From: an uncultured Gemmatimonadaceae bacterium
GTDB lineage: Bacteria; Gemmatimonadota; Gemmatimonadetes; Gemmatimonadales; Gemmatimonadaceae
Direction of reading: 5' to 3'
DNA: 64,000 nt
Assembly (NCBI GenBank): GCA_963781585.1
Contig: CAWAGQ010000008.1
Span: forward strand, 192,001 to 256,000
In this document: piece by piece, positions 19,524-29,335 of the stretch
How the letters are laid out: each line of letters starts with the position of its first letter
Position numbering within the stretch: the stretch's first letter is position 1
The notes under the pieces: model-generated
What the model was told of the DNA's origin: nothing
The model's input: the letters and a program-made list of their open reading frames with translations, nothing else
The model's database searches: none
Program-made: the position numbers and the translations under genes

Positions 19524-19865
19524 ATGGGGAGACGCCGCTCCGCCGCTGGTCCGGTTTCCCGGATGCCGAATCCGCTCGACCCCCTCGACGGCACCCCTGA
19601 CAGTACGCTCGACCTCCACGGACTCGGCGCGACCGAGGCTGCCGCCGCCTTCGAGCAGTTCGTGTTGCGGGAGCTGCAGCGCCTGCCGGGCGCCCTCCTC
19701 CATGTCATAACGGGGAAGGGACGCAACTCTCCCAACGGCCCGGTGCTGCAACGCGTCATCCGGCGCACCATCCTCGCCGACCGCACTCGCCGCATCGTCG
19801 CATGGAGCCGCGACGATGACGAAGGCGGCTACCTGGTGCGCCTCAGCCGCGGCCGCTCACGGTGA
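19524..19865 (+). CDS. Stand-alone Smr-domain protein
   Basis: TLDLHG, LHVITGKGRNS and GGYLVRL motifs. Confidence 0.88.
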   Translation: MGRRRSAAGPVSRMPNPLDPLDGTPDSTLDLHGLGATEAAAAFEQFVLRELQRLPGALLHVITGKGRNSPNGPVLQRVIRRTILADRTRRIVAWSRDDDEGGYLVRLSRGRSR

Positions 19866-19925
19866 GGGAGGCTGGCTGTCAGCAGATCCGTCCGCGGGTG
19901 GTCGAAATCCGGATCGGTCACTGAC

Positions 19926-21683
19926 GTGACCACCAAGGTCCGCGGTCTCCACCGATCCGTGCACCGGGTGAGGCCGGCACGCGCGATCAGCACACTGGCG
20001 CGCCTGACGATCGTGGCCGCGGTGCTGGTGGGGAGCGCGTGCACGCAATCGCGGTCGGGGCCGGATCTCGTGCTCCATCACGCCGTGGTACGCACCATGG
20101 ACGCCCGCCAGCCCCTGGCCGAGGCGGTGGCGATTGCCGACGGGCGCATCACGTTCGTCGGCTCCGACAGCGACGCCTTGAAGCTGGTGTCACGCAACAC
20201 ACGGGTCATCGATGCGGGGGGTCGCCTGCTGCTCCCCGGATTCATCGACACCCACGTCCATCCGGTGCAAGGGGGGCTGAGGCTGGGCGAGTGCGATCTG
20301 CACGACATCATGACGCGCGACTCGCTGGTCCGCGCGATCGTGGAATGCGCCCACCGAAATCCCACCGCCGCCTGGGTGCGGGGCGGCGGATTCGAGCTCC
20401 CGCTCTTCCTCGATGGGAATCCCTCGCGCCTGCTGCTCGACTCGCTCGTCCCCGACCGGCCGGCGTTTCTCACCTCCACCGACGAGCACAACGCCTGGGC
20501 GAACTCGCGCGCGTTGGCGCTCTCCGGCGTCACGCGTGACACGAAGGATCCGCCTAACGGGCGCATCGAGCGCGACGCCGCCGGGAATCCGTCGGGCACG
20601 CTGCGCGAGGCGGCCCAGGGTCTGGTCGCGAGCCACCTGCCCGCCTACACCGACGCCGACGACGATGCGGCGCTCGCGCAGGCCTTGGCGCTGGCCGGTC
20701 GGTTCGGCATCACCACCTGGCATGAGGCCAATGCCGACGATGCGATCCTCCGCGCCTACCATCGCGCCGACTCGTCAGGCACCCTCACCGTGCGGACGGT
20801 CGTCGCCCTCCACGTCGATCCCGAGTTCGGCACCAGGCAGATACCCGGCCTCGACTCCCTCCGGCGCCGGTACAGCACGCCGCTCGTGCAGGTGACGGCG
20901 GCCAAGATCTTCGTCGATGGCGTCATCGAGGGACACACCGCCGCGCTGCTCCAGCCGTATCTCGACCGACCCGGGTTTCGCGGTCAGCTCAAGGTGTCCC
21001 CCCCTCTGCTGGACACGCTCGTGCACGCCCTCGACTCCGCGGGATTCAAGGTGCACGTGCACGCCATCGGCGACCGGGCCATTCGCGTCACGCTCGACGC
21101 ATTCGAGAAACAGCACGCCATCGACGGCGGCGCCGGACCGCGCCACATCATCGCGCATCTTCAGCTGTTCGACCCCGCCGACATTCCGCGGCTCGCTGCG
21201 CTGGGCGTGGCCGGGTCGTTTCAGCCGCTCTGGGCGTTTCGCGACACGTACATGCGTGATCTCACCGAGCCGCGTCTCGGACCACGCCGCTCGCGATGGC
21301 AGTATCCCATCGCCAGCGTCGTGCGGACCGGCGCGATCGTCGCCGCGGGGAGCGACTGGCCCGTCACGTCGATGGATCCGCTCCAGGCGATTCAGGTGGC
21401 GGTCACTCGGCAGCGCCCCACCGATTCGACCGACGCACCGTTCTTCCCCGAGGAGCGCGTGGACGTTGCCACGGCCGTCGGTATGTACACCAGCGCGGCG
21501 GCGATGGCGGTCGATCAGGACTCGCTCACCGGGACGATCACGGTGGGCAAGGCCGCTGACCTCATCGTGCTGTCGGAGAATGTCTTCACCGAGTCCGTGT
21601 ATCGCATCGCGCGGACACACGTGGTCCTGACGCTGATGGGTGGGCGCGAGGTGTTTCGGGATTCGGTGCAGGTCCGCCCCTGA
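19926..21683 (+). CDS. Amidohydrolase 3 (YtcJ-like) family protein, probably exported; start uncertain
   Basis: LLPGFIDTHVH, KIFVDG, HVHAIGDRA, HIIAHLQ, AGSDWPV, GKAADLIVL. Confidence 0.9.
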   Translation: MTTKVRGLHRSVHRVRPARAISTLARLTIVAAVLVGSACTQSRSGPDLVLHHAVVRTMDARQPLAEAVAIADGRITFVGSDSDALKLVSRNTRVIDAGGRLLLPGFIDTHVHPVQGGLRLGECDLHDIMTRDSLVRAIVECAHRNPTAAWVRGGGFELPLFLDGNPSRLLLDSLVPDRPAFLTSTDEHNAWANSRALALSGVTRDTKDPPNGRIERDAAGNPSGTLREAAQGLVASHLPAYTDADDDAALAQALALAGRFGITTWHEANADDAILRAYHRADSSGTLTVRTVVALHVDPEFGTRQIPGLDSLRRRYSTPLVQVTAAKIFVDGVIEGHTAALLQPYLDRPGFRGQLKVSPPLLDTLVHALDSAGFKVHVHAIGDRAIRVTLDAFEKQHAIDGGAGPRHIIAHLQLFDPADIPRLAALGVAGSFQPLWAFRDTYMRDLTEPRLGPRRSRWQYPIASVVRTGAIVAAGSDWPVTSMDPLQAIQVAVTRQRPTDSTDAPFFPEERVDVATAVGMYTSAAAMAVDQDSLTGTITVGKAADLIVLSENVFTESVYRIARTHVVLTLMGGREVFRDSVQVRP

Positions 21684-21793
21684 GTCGGAAGTGACCGGAC
21701 GACGCGGGCCCCGTCGTGCGGGTGTCGCCGCTCGGGCGTGTCTGTAGCATTGACGTTCAGCGGCGATTCGCACGCGCCAGCCGAGAGGGACAC

Positions 21794-23311
21794 ATGAGAA
21801 CACTTGCGTTGAGTCGAGTCGCGGCGGCACGAGGCAGCTCTATGTCACACGCGATCGTCGCTGCGGCCGTGCTGCTTGCCGCGGCGGCCAAGGCCTCGGG
21901 CGCCCAGCTCATTACCCCAAAGACGGTGCCCGTTCGTCAGGCGCAGCAGTTCGAGATCTTCCCGTCCGATCGCGCGGGCATGGCCGGCGTCTCGATCGCT
22001 CTGGACGACACGGTGCTCGATCCGTTCGTGAATCCCGCGAAGAGCGTTCGCGCCTCCGCAGGACTGATCCAGATCTCCCCGTTTGTCCATTCTGTCTCGC
22101 TCTCGGGGGGAGGGGGGCGCACCATCCCGCTCAGCGCCTTCGCATCATCTGGCGGGTGGTCGGGCGGGGGGCTGTTTTCGCTGCAGGAGCTGGACCGGCC
22201 CACGCAGAACGTCGGCGCCCCGCTGAGCGAGCAGCACGGGACCAACGAATACCTGGCCGGGACCGTGTCGCGCCGGGTTTCACGTGGACTCTCCGTCGGC
22301 CTCGGCGTCTACTGGGCCGACCTGAGCGCGGTCGACGGCGTCGACAAGCTGTACAGCGGGAGCGACAGCCTGCGCGAGGCGGGCCACCAGCTCGATCTTC
22401 GGTTCGGTCTGCTCAGACAGTGGGGCGTTGGACGTTCGTTCGAGCTGCTGGTGCTCCGAAACACCTATGACATGCGCCACGATGTGCACTACCCGGCTCT
22501 CTATCAGTACACGCCGTGCTGCCCGGGGCCGCCCCCGGAGATCTTCCCGGAGCACGAAGAGCACAACGCGGACCGTACCAATACGTGGGGCGTGCACACG
22601 GCGTACTCGCAGCCGGTGGGCGCTCATGGCTGGCGTGTGGGCTGGTTGGTCACCATGAACAAGCTCACCCATCCCCGCATCCCCAACTACACGCTGGTGA
22701 GCCTGCCCCGCGATCCGGGCTTCACCAACGCCTTCAATGCCGGCGCCGGGATCGCCCGCCTCTCCGGCGGAACCACGTTAGGCATCGATGTGGTGTTCGA
22801 GCCGATGTGGAGTCACACCTGGGCAACCGCCGCGCACGACACCATGACCGCGGTGGACGGTATCATTCACGCGGGCGAACGGACGGTCGACAATCACTTC
22901 CGCTTTTCGAATACGCTGCTGCGGGTGGGGTTCGGGCAGGACATCCCTCTTGCCCCCGATTCCGCGACCACGTTCGGTCTCCAGGCCGGGCTCGGCCTCT
23001 ACTCCATCAGGTACCGTCTGAACCAGCAGAACTACGTGTCGTACGTCTCGCGAACCCAGGATGAGAACTGGATCGAGTGGACGCCCACCCTCGGCGCGCG
23101 CGTCCGCAGCCGGAATGTCGAGGTGGCGTATACGTTCAGCCTGACCTGCGGCCCCGATTGTGGCCGGAATCGCGAGTCCGTGTTCTACCTGCCGCCCGGT
23201 CCGCTCGAAGGAGATGGTGGCGGCGTCATCGCCGTGCCGAATGCACCGCTCACCTTCGACGGCGGCCGCGCCACCACGCATCGGATCACCGTCTCGTTCC
23301 GGATGCGCTGA
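21794..23311 (+). CDS. Hypothetical exported protein, probable outer-membrane beta-barrel
   Basis: Signal peptide. Amphipathic strands with Gly/aromatic alternation. C-terminal strand HRITVSFRMR. Confidence 0.6.
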   Translation: MRTLALSRVAAARGSSMSHAIVAAAVLLAAAAKASGAQLITPKTVPVRQAQQFEIFPSDRAGMAGVSIALDDTVLDPFVNPAKSVRASAGLIQISPFVHSVSLSGGGGRTIPLSAFASSGGWSGGGLFSLQELDRPTQNVGAPLSEQHGTNEYLAGTVSRRVSRGLSVGLGVYWADLSAVDGVDKLYSGSDSLREAGHQLDLRFGLLRQWGVGRSFELLVLRNTYDMRHDVHYPALYQYTPCCPGPPPEIFPEHEEHNADRTNTWGVHTAYSQPVGAHGWRVGWLVTMNKLTHPRIPNYTLVSLPRDPGFTNAFNAGAGIARLSGGTTLGIDVVFEPMWSHTWATAAHDTMTAVDGIIHAGERTVDNHFRFSNTLLRVGFGQDIPLAPDSATTFGLQAGLGLYSIRYRLNQQNYVSYVSRTQDENWIEWTPTLGARVRSRNVEVAYTFSLTCGPDCGRNRESVFYLPPGPLEGDGGGVIAVPNAPLTFDGGRATTHRITVSFRMR

Positions 23312-23404
23312 CGGGCGCAGGGGTGGCGAAGACCGGGCCGAAGCGAGCGACAATTCCTTCGCTGAAGCAAGACCTGGCCGCCTGACCAGGAGCGAGCGGA
23401 TCGG

Positions 23405-25546
23405 TTACCTCCCCGCTTTCCCTCCAATCGTCGCCTGGGTCTCGAGCCGGATCGGCAGCCGCCGCACGCGCGTTCCCGTCAGGCGGAAGATCGCGTTGGC
23501 CACCGCGGGAGCGATCTGCGGCACCCCGGGCTCGCCGGCTCCTCCGGGCTCTTCCTCGCTATCGACAAGGAAGATGTCGTACTCCGGCGCCTCGGTGATC
23601 CGCACCATCCGGTAGTCGTTGAAGTTCGCTTGCTTCACCCGTCCGTTCTCGATCGTGATCTCACCATACAGCGCCGCGGTGAGACCGCCGATGATTGCCC
23701 CCATCAGCTGCGCTTCGACGATTCCCGGGTGCATGACGCGGCCACAGTCGGCCACGCACCACACCTTGTGTACGCGCACGCGGTTGTTCTGTACCGAGAC
23801 CTCCGCGACTTCGGCGACGTACGAGCCATCCAGCTCGGCGATCGCCAGCCCGCGTGCCCGGCCGGCCGGCGCCGGGGTCTTCCATGCCGAGCGCTGCGCC
23901 GCCACCTCCAGCACGTGCTTCATCCGCGGTGCGCCCGACAGCAGTTCGAGCCGCACGTCGAGCGGGTCGCGATTGGCCGCATGGGCCAGCTCGTCCATGA
24001 AGCTCTCGATGAAGAACGCGTTCTGCGACGGACCCACCGACCGCCAGTAACCCACCGGCACCGCGATGTCTGGCTTGCTGTAATCGACGTGGAGGTTGGG
24101 AATGCCGTACGGCGTGTTCGAGATCGCGTCCACCGCGGGGCCGTCCACGCCGCCGCGTGCGCCGGAAATCGGCGGCGTGGCAACGCGTGCGCGCAGCGCC
24201 ACCACCTTCCCCTGACCGTCCACTCCGCCCTGGAACTCCACGTGGGCCGCCGGCCGGTACTGGTCGTGCTGCATGTCCTCCTCGCGTGTCCACAGCACCT
24301 GCACCGGTGCACCGATCTTCTTCGACGTCTCGACCGCGTCCTCGACGAAATCGGTCCGCGAGCGACGTCCCCATCCGCATCCCAGGTACTGCACGTGCAC
24401 CGTGACCTTGTCGATCGGCAGTCCGGTGATCTGCGCCGCCGCGCTCTGGCTGCCTTGCGGATTCTGTGTCGGCACCCAGATCTCGCACCGGTCGGCACGC
24501 ACATCGGCCGTGCAGTTCATCGGCTCCATGGTCGCATGGGCGAGATACGGCGCGAGGTAGGTAGCTTCGACACGGTGCGCTGCGCCCGACAGCGCCGAGT
24601 CGGCATTGCCTTCACTCCGCGCCTGCGCACCGGGCTGCTGGACGAGTTGCGCGAGATTGCTGAAGATGTCGTCGCTGTTCATCGCGAAGCCGCCGCTCTG
24701 CCACTGCACGCTCAGGGCGCGGGCGCCCTTGATGGCCGCCCAGGTGTTCTCGGCCACCACCGCCACACCCTGCGAGACCTGCACGACCTGCTTCACGCCG
24801 GGCACCGCGCGCGTCTTCGTGTCGTCGAACGACCGGACGGAATCGCCGAACACCGGCGGATGCACCACGGTGGCGAACAGCATGCCGGGAACGCGCGCGT
24901 CGATTCCGTAGGCGGCACGCCCGGAGACCTTCTCCTTCGTATCGACGAGTGGGATGCGCTTCCCAATGAGCTTGAAGTTCTTCGGATCCTTGAGCTGCGG
25001 CTGTGACGGCACCGCCATGGTCGACGCGGCGTCGGCGACCTCGCCGTATCCGACCGACCGCTTCGACGCGTCATGGAAGACACGGCCGTTTTCCGTGCGA
25101 CAATCGGACGCGTTCACACTCCACTTGGCGGCGGCGGCGGCGACCAGCATCGCCCGGGCGGTGGCACCCGCCTGACGAAGGCCCATCCACGCATTCCCGC
25201 GCACACTGGAGCTCCCGACCGTCATCATACGGCCGTATTTCCGTGGGTCCGCATCCGCCTGCAGGATGCGCACCCTGCTCCAGTCCGCGTCGAGCTCCTC
25301 GGCCACGATCATCGGCATCGCAGTCCGGACGCCCTGTCCCATATCGGAGCGCGCGGACCAGATCGTCACTGACCCGTCGGTATCGACCCGCACGAAGGCG
25401 TTAGGCTGAAGCGGCGCCGCGGTACGCCTACTGCGTTCCGGCCGTCGCGCCATATCGGGGAAATAGACGCCGAGGAACAGGCCGCCACCGGCGACCGCGC
25501 CCAGCCTGAGGAAATCGCGGCGGTCGAGCCTGGAGATCGTTGTCAT
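23405..25546 (-). CDS. iorB: Isoquinoline 1-oxidoreductase beta-like molybdopterin-binding subunit (xanthine dehydrogenase family), Tat-exported
   Basis: DRRDFL Tat motif. SDMGQGVRT, LAHATMEPMN, GYWRSVG, PGGAGEPG. Confidence 0.9.
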   Translation of the reverse strand: MTTISRLDRRDFLRLGAVAGGGLFLGVYFPDMARRPERSRRTAAPLQPNAFVRVDTDGSVTIWSARSDMGQGVRTAMPMIVAEELDADWSRVRILQADADPRKYGRMMTVGSSSVRGNAWMGLRQAGATARAMLVAAAAAKWSVNASDCRTENGRVFHDASKRSVGYGEVADAASTMAVPSQPQLKDPKNFKLIGKRIPLVDTKEKVSGRAAYGIDARVPGMLFATVVHPPVFGDSVRSFDDTKTRAVPGVKQVVQVSQGVAVVAENTWAAIKGARALSVQWQSGGFAMNSDDIFSNLAQLVQQPGAQARSEGNADSALSGAAHRVEATYLAPYLAHATMEPMNCTADVRADRCEIWVPTQNPQGSQSAAAQITGLPIDKVTVHVQYLGCGWGRRSRTDFVEDAVETSKKIGAPVQVLWTREEDMQHDQYRPAAHVEFQGGVDGQGKVVALRARVATPPISGARGGVDGPAVDAISNTPYGIPNLHVDYSKPDIAVPVGYWRSVGPSQNAFFIESFMDELAHAANRDPLDVRLELLSGAPRMKHVLEVAAQRSAWKTPAPAGRARGLAIAELDGSYVAEVAEVSVQNNRVRVHKVWCVADCGRVMHPGIVEAQLMGAIIGGLTAALYGEITIENGRVKQANFNDYRMVRITEAPEYDIFLVDSEEEPGGAGEPGVPQIAPAVANAIFRLTGTRVRRLPIRLETQATIGGKAGR

Positions 25547-25549
25547 CGC

Positions 25550-26008
25550 TTAGCCCTCCCGCACGGCACGGTGAATCGCGCGCCGGATCCGATCATAGGT
25601 ACCGCAGCGACAGATGTTGCCCGACATGGCACGATCGATGTCGGCATCGGTCGGACTCTTGTTCGCCGCCAGCAGCGCCGCGGCCGACATGATCTGTCCC
25701 GACTGGCAGTAGCCGCACTGCGAGACCTCCTCGGCGATCCAGGCCTTCTGGACCGCGTGCGTCACGTCGGACGACAGTCCTTCTATTGTAGTGATCGCGC
25801 GATCACCGACGTCGGACACCGGCGTGCGGCAGGAATGCACCGCCTTGCCGTCGAGGTGGACCGTGCAGGCGCCGCACTGTCCGATGCCGCAGCCGTACTT
25901 GGTGCCGGTGAGGCCGGCGGCGTCGCGGAGTACCCAGAGCAATGGCGTATCGGGCTCGACATTGAGCTGCTGGGAGCGCCCGTTGATGTGCAGGGTGATC
26001 GCTGCCAT
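25550..26008 (-). CDS. iorA: (2Fe-2S)-binding small subunit, IorA-like
   Basis: [32 protein letters not shown]. Lies 3 bp upstream of the large subunit. Confidence 0.93.
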   Translation of the reverse strand: MAAITLHINGRSQQLNVEPDTPLLWVLRDAAGLTGTKYGCGIGQCGACTVHLDGKAVHSCRTPVSDVGDRAITTIEGLSSDVTHAVQKAWIAEEVSQCGYCQSGQIMSAAALLAANKSPTDADIDRAMSGNICRCGTYDRIRRAIHRAVREG

Positions 26009-26060
26009 GTGTCTCTCCCTTTGAGACGGGATCAGATCTCCACGCTACATCGAGAGCGGC

Positions 26061-26542
26061 GTGAGGTCCAGAGCTGGAGATATTCGCCCGCTTTTGGACG
26101 TACTCACCCAGCGCGTCTACGACACCGACGTACAGGACGGCTACGACGTCGGCCACCCGGCGCAGGCCGCTATGGATGCCATCGCCGACACCCTCGTCGC
26201 CGTGGTCCTGAGCGACGCGTCGCTTTTCGGCGAGACGCACTGCGGTCCCTACTCTGAGATTGTCTTCCAAGCCAGAACAGGGTACGCCGTTATGCAGGTG
26301 CCGCCGAGCGCATGTATCGCATCGCGATGAGTGGCGTGGAATACGCCGCCAGTATGGTTGGAGGCCTGGAGGATTTGCCCGACACCACGCAAGCGCTCCA
26401 TTACCTGCGCCTCATTGCCACCTCGGACGCGCAGGTTGCGCACTGGGCTGTGCAGGGTCTCGGCACCGAGATGGGCCCCAGAGGCCTGAGTGTCGCCCGA
26501 GAACTGTTCGACCAGGACCTCGTGCACGAGCGGAACGCCTAG
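26061..26542 (+). pseudogene. Degraded hypothetical gene (two protein-like frames joined near 26290)
   Basis: Short ORFs 26061-26330 and 26312-26542 read as continuous helical protein (...MDAIADTLVAVVL / YAGAAERMYRIAM...ALHYLRLIAT). No credible start. Confidence 0.4.
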
Positions 26543-26837
26543 GTAGTGATGAATACCCTTGCTGAAACCCACGGGTGGAAGCGCCCGGGGCGCCCTTCGC
26601 TCCATCACACCGGATCGCGGTGAGGGTGGGCGCGCGTTCCGTGGCCAGCGGCGACGCGCGACGTCGTAGCTACGGAATGATCACCCCCTCCGCGAAGCCT
26701 AACGTGAGCAAGTGTTGCAACTCGGCACGGGACGCCACGTGCCGTGGAGAAGGGCGCGTGCCCGCCTGCACCTGGACCGGCGTTCGCTATCCACCGCGAT
26801 GACCGGGGTTCCCGGTCGACGCCCGCCCGCCAGCGCG

Positions 26838-27251
26838 TCAGGGGCGCAGCACGAATGACCGGACATGCTTCGGACGCACAGTGCCAAAGTGCCGTCGATC
26901 GGTCGTGAGCAGTTCGCGCGCCTCCAGCCGTTCGGCAGTGGCCACGACCACGGCATCGACGAATCCGATGGGGAAATCCGCGTATTGACGCATGACGTCG
27001 GCCGCGCGAATCACATCGTCCATCTCCAGATCCTCGAGCACGAATTCGCCCTCGGCCGCGGCTCGCACGAAGGCCTCCTCCGCCATGGGACCGATGCGCG
27101 TCTCCAGGAGATAGGCGACCTCCGGCAGGACGACGACAGGTACCACAACCGAAGCCCCGTGATCCGCCCACCAATTCAGCGTCCGCTCGTGCCACGCGTC
27201 GCTCCTGTCGGCGAGCGCGTAGAGGGCGCCCGAGTCCGCGATGATGGTCAC
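26838..27251 (-). CDS. vapC: PIN-domain toxin (VapC family)
   Basis: IIADSGAL, VLPEVAY, IGFVDA, LLTTDRRHF acidic PIN residues. Confidence 0.92.
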   Translation of the reverse strand: MTIIADSGALYALADRSDAWHERTLNWWADHGASVVVPVVVLPEVAYLLETRIGPMAEEAFVRAAAEGEFVLEDLEMDDVIRAADVMRQYADFPIGFVDAVVVATAERLEARELLTTDRRHFGTVRPKHVRSFVLRP

Positions 27252-27257
27252 CGCCTG

Positions 27258-27488
27258 CTACGCGTGCGGATCCCGCCAGAGGAGTTCGTCGACGCGTGCC
27301 GATGTATCGTGCTCGCCGCTCGCGAAACGCCCGGCTATCGACGGCAGCGTGCCGGAGCCGCCGGGCCGCGCCACGTACTGGGCGAGCGCCTCGCGCACGA
27401 GGTGCGCAAAGCTCGTCCCGCGTCGTGCGGCCAGACGCTGCAGGCGGCGCCGAAGTTTGTCGTCAAGGAAGATGGTCGTGCGCTTCAT
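27258..27488 (-). CDS. vapB: Ribbon-helix-helix (CopG-like) antitoxin
   Basis: MKRTTIFLDDKLRRRLQRLAARRGTSFAHLVREAL. 76 aa, directly upstream of the PIN gene. Confidence 0.9.
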   Translation of the reverse strand: MKRTTIFLDDKLRRRLQRLAARRGTSFAHLVREALAQYVARPGGSGTLPSIAGRFASGEHDTSARVDELLWRDPHA

Positions 27489-27523
27489 GACATATATATT
27501 ACATACGGTGTATGCTACGTCAA
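27489..27523 (-). promoter_or_regulatory. Sigma70-type promoter of vapBC with inverted-repeat operator
   Basis: Minus strand reads TTGACG-16 bp-TAATAT-7 nt-ATG. The spacer contains CATAC-N3-GTATG (27502-27514). AT-rich island in GC-rich DNA. Confidence 0.7.
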
Positions 27524-27678
27524 CCCACCTCCATGGGCGAGGATGAGCAACACCTCGGAGCGCTTCATGACTGGCCAGGCGCTCCTGACTCACGCGCGCT
27601 CCTCGTGCTGCACACCAGAGGTCGGAGACCGATGACCAGCGGCCCGCCGCCGGCAATACCCGCGAGCGGGCGACCCGC

Positions 27679-29127
27679 TCAGCTGATCGGCTTCCTCTCG
27701 CCCGTCACGCTCCGCACCAGCCGGTACATGAACTCCAGGCTCTCGTAGAACGCGCGCACCGGGATCCGCTCGTTCATGCCGTGCGCGTTCGTCTCCCCAT
27801 AGAACTGGCCGGCCACTCCATACGTCGCGATCCCGCCCAGCCGGAGCGATACCCCGTCCGTCGCCCCCGTGCTCATCGTCGGAATCACCGGCACACCGGG
27901 CCACATCTCGTTCGTGATCCGCTCGATCTGCGCCATCAGCTCGGGCGTGAGCGGCGACGGCGGCGAGTTGCGCGCCGACCCCCGCGCCACCACGTGCACA
28001 CCGGTGTCCCCCACCACCTTCTCGAGCACACCCTTCACGTACTCCGGCGTCTCGTCAGGCAGGATGCGGCAGTTGACCGTGGCCCGCGCCCGCTGCGGCA
28101 GCGCGTTGCTCGCGTGGCCGCCTTCCAGCAGCGTCGCCACGCAGGTCGTGCGCAGCTGCGAATTGTACCGCGGATCCTCCGACAGCACCGCCGCCGCCTT
28201 GGCGTCGTTCGGATTGGCCACGATCGCTGTCATCGCCGCGGCCTGGTCCGGCGCCTCGGACTTGAGCGTGGGCGCCAGCCGGGTGAAGTACGCGCGCGTG
28301 ACGTCGTTCAGGTGCACCGGAAAGATCGACGGCGTGACCCTCACCAGCGCCGCTGCCAGCTCGGTGATCGCGTTGTCGGGCCGCGGCACCGAGCTGTGCC
28401 CGCCCGGGTTGAACGACTCCAGATAGAACGTCTGCACCTTCTTCTCGCTCGCCTGCACATCGTGCGACACCTTGACCGTATCGCGCAGCCGCCCTCCCCC
28501 ACCTTCGTTGAACGCGAACTCGGCGTCGATCAGATCGCGATGCTCGCGCATCAGCCACCCCGCGCCGTTCGCCCCACCACCCTCCTCGTCCGTGGTCGCC
28601 GCCATGACGATGTCACGGTCCGGCGAATACCCCTCGGCCCTGAGCCGCAAGAGAATCGTGAGATCGATCGCAGCGTCATCCTTGTTGTCCGACACACCGC
28701 GCCCGTAGAACGTCCCGTCCTTCTCGATGAACTGGAACGGCGGAAGCGTCCAGTCGGCGGGCTTTGCTTCCACCACATCGATGTGTGAGAGAAGCAGGAT
28801 CGGCTTCTTCCCCGTCTTTCTGCCGTGCAGCCGCGCCACGATGTTCCCCTTGCGCGGCGCGTTCGATAACACGACCACGTCGGAATCGGGGAATCCCGCC
28901 GCCTTGAGCCGGGCCGCCATCGCCTCCGCTACCTTCAGCGTCGAGCCGTCGCTGTCCTCGGAATTGATCTCGATCAGTTCCTGAAAGACATCGCGCGCAA
29001 CGGAGTCCCAGTGGGCGGTCGTGCTCACCTGAGCGCGCACGCGCACAGGAGTGGCGGCGATGCACATCGCGGTGACCACCGCGGCCAGGCGCGCGAAGAA
29101 TGGCGGACAGAGCATCGAGGAACGCAT
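27679..29127 (-). CDS. M20/M25/M40 family metallopeptidase, exported
   Basis: LLSHIDVV, YGRGVSDNK, TDEEGG, NEGGGG, GGHSS, AHGMNERI. Confidence 0.92.
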   Translation of the reverse strand: MRSSMLCPPFFARLAAVVTAMCIAATPVRVRAQVSTTAHWDSVARDVFQELIEINSEDSDGSTLKVAEAMAARLKAAGFPDSDVVVLSNAPRKGNIVARLHGRKTGKKPILLLSHIDVVEAKPADWTLPPFQFIEKDGTFYGRGVSDNKDDAAIDLTILLRLRAEGYSPDRDIVMAATTDEEGGGANGAGWLMREHRDLIDAEFAFNEGGGGRLRDTVKVSHDVQASEKKVQTFYLESFNPGGHSSVPRPDNAITELAAALVRVTPSIFPVHLNDVTRAYFTRLAPTLKSEAPDQAAAMTAIVANPNDAKAAAVLSEDPRYNSQLRTTCVATLLEGGHASNALPQRARATVNCRILPDETPEYVKGVLEKVVGDTGVHVVARGSARNSPPSPLTPELMAQIERITNEMWPGVPVIPTMSTGATDGVSLRLGGIATYGVAGQFYGETNAHGMNERIPVRAFYESLEFMYRLVRSVTGERKPIS

Positions 29128-29335
29128 CGGTGTGTTCAGCAGGGGTTTGGGTGGATGGCAGGATCGTGCGCCGCCGCCCGCACGGTGTCAACGGGCCCCG
29201 TCGCTGGTAGGGTTCTGGCCTTGACCTCTGGCCTCCGACCGCTGGCCTCTGCCTTCCTGCCTCTGGCGCGCAGCCCGGCAAGCACGTTGACTAGAGCCAG
29301 CCGAACGTCTCTACACACTCCCGACGCCGCTTCCC

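Noticed and set aside
26838..27488. Mobile element or prophage around vapBC
   Set aside because: No integrase, transposase, terminal repeats or phage genes seen.
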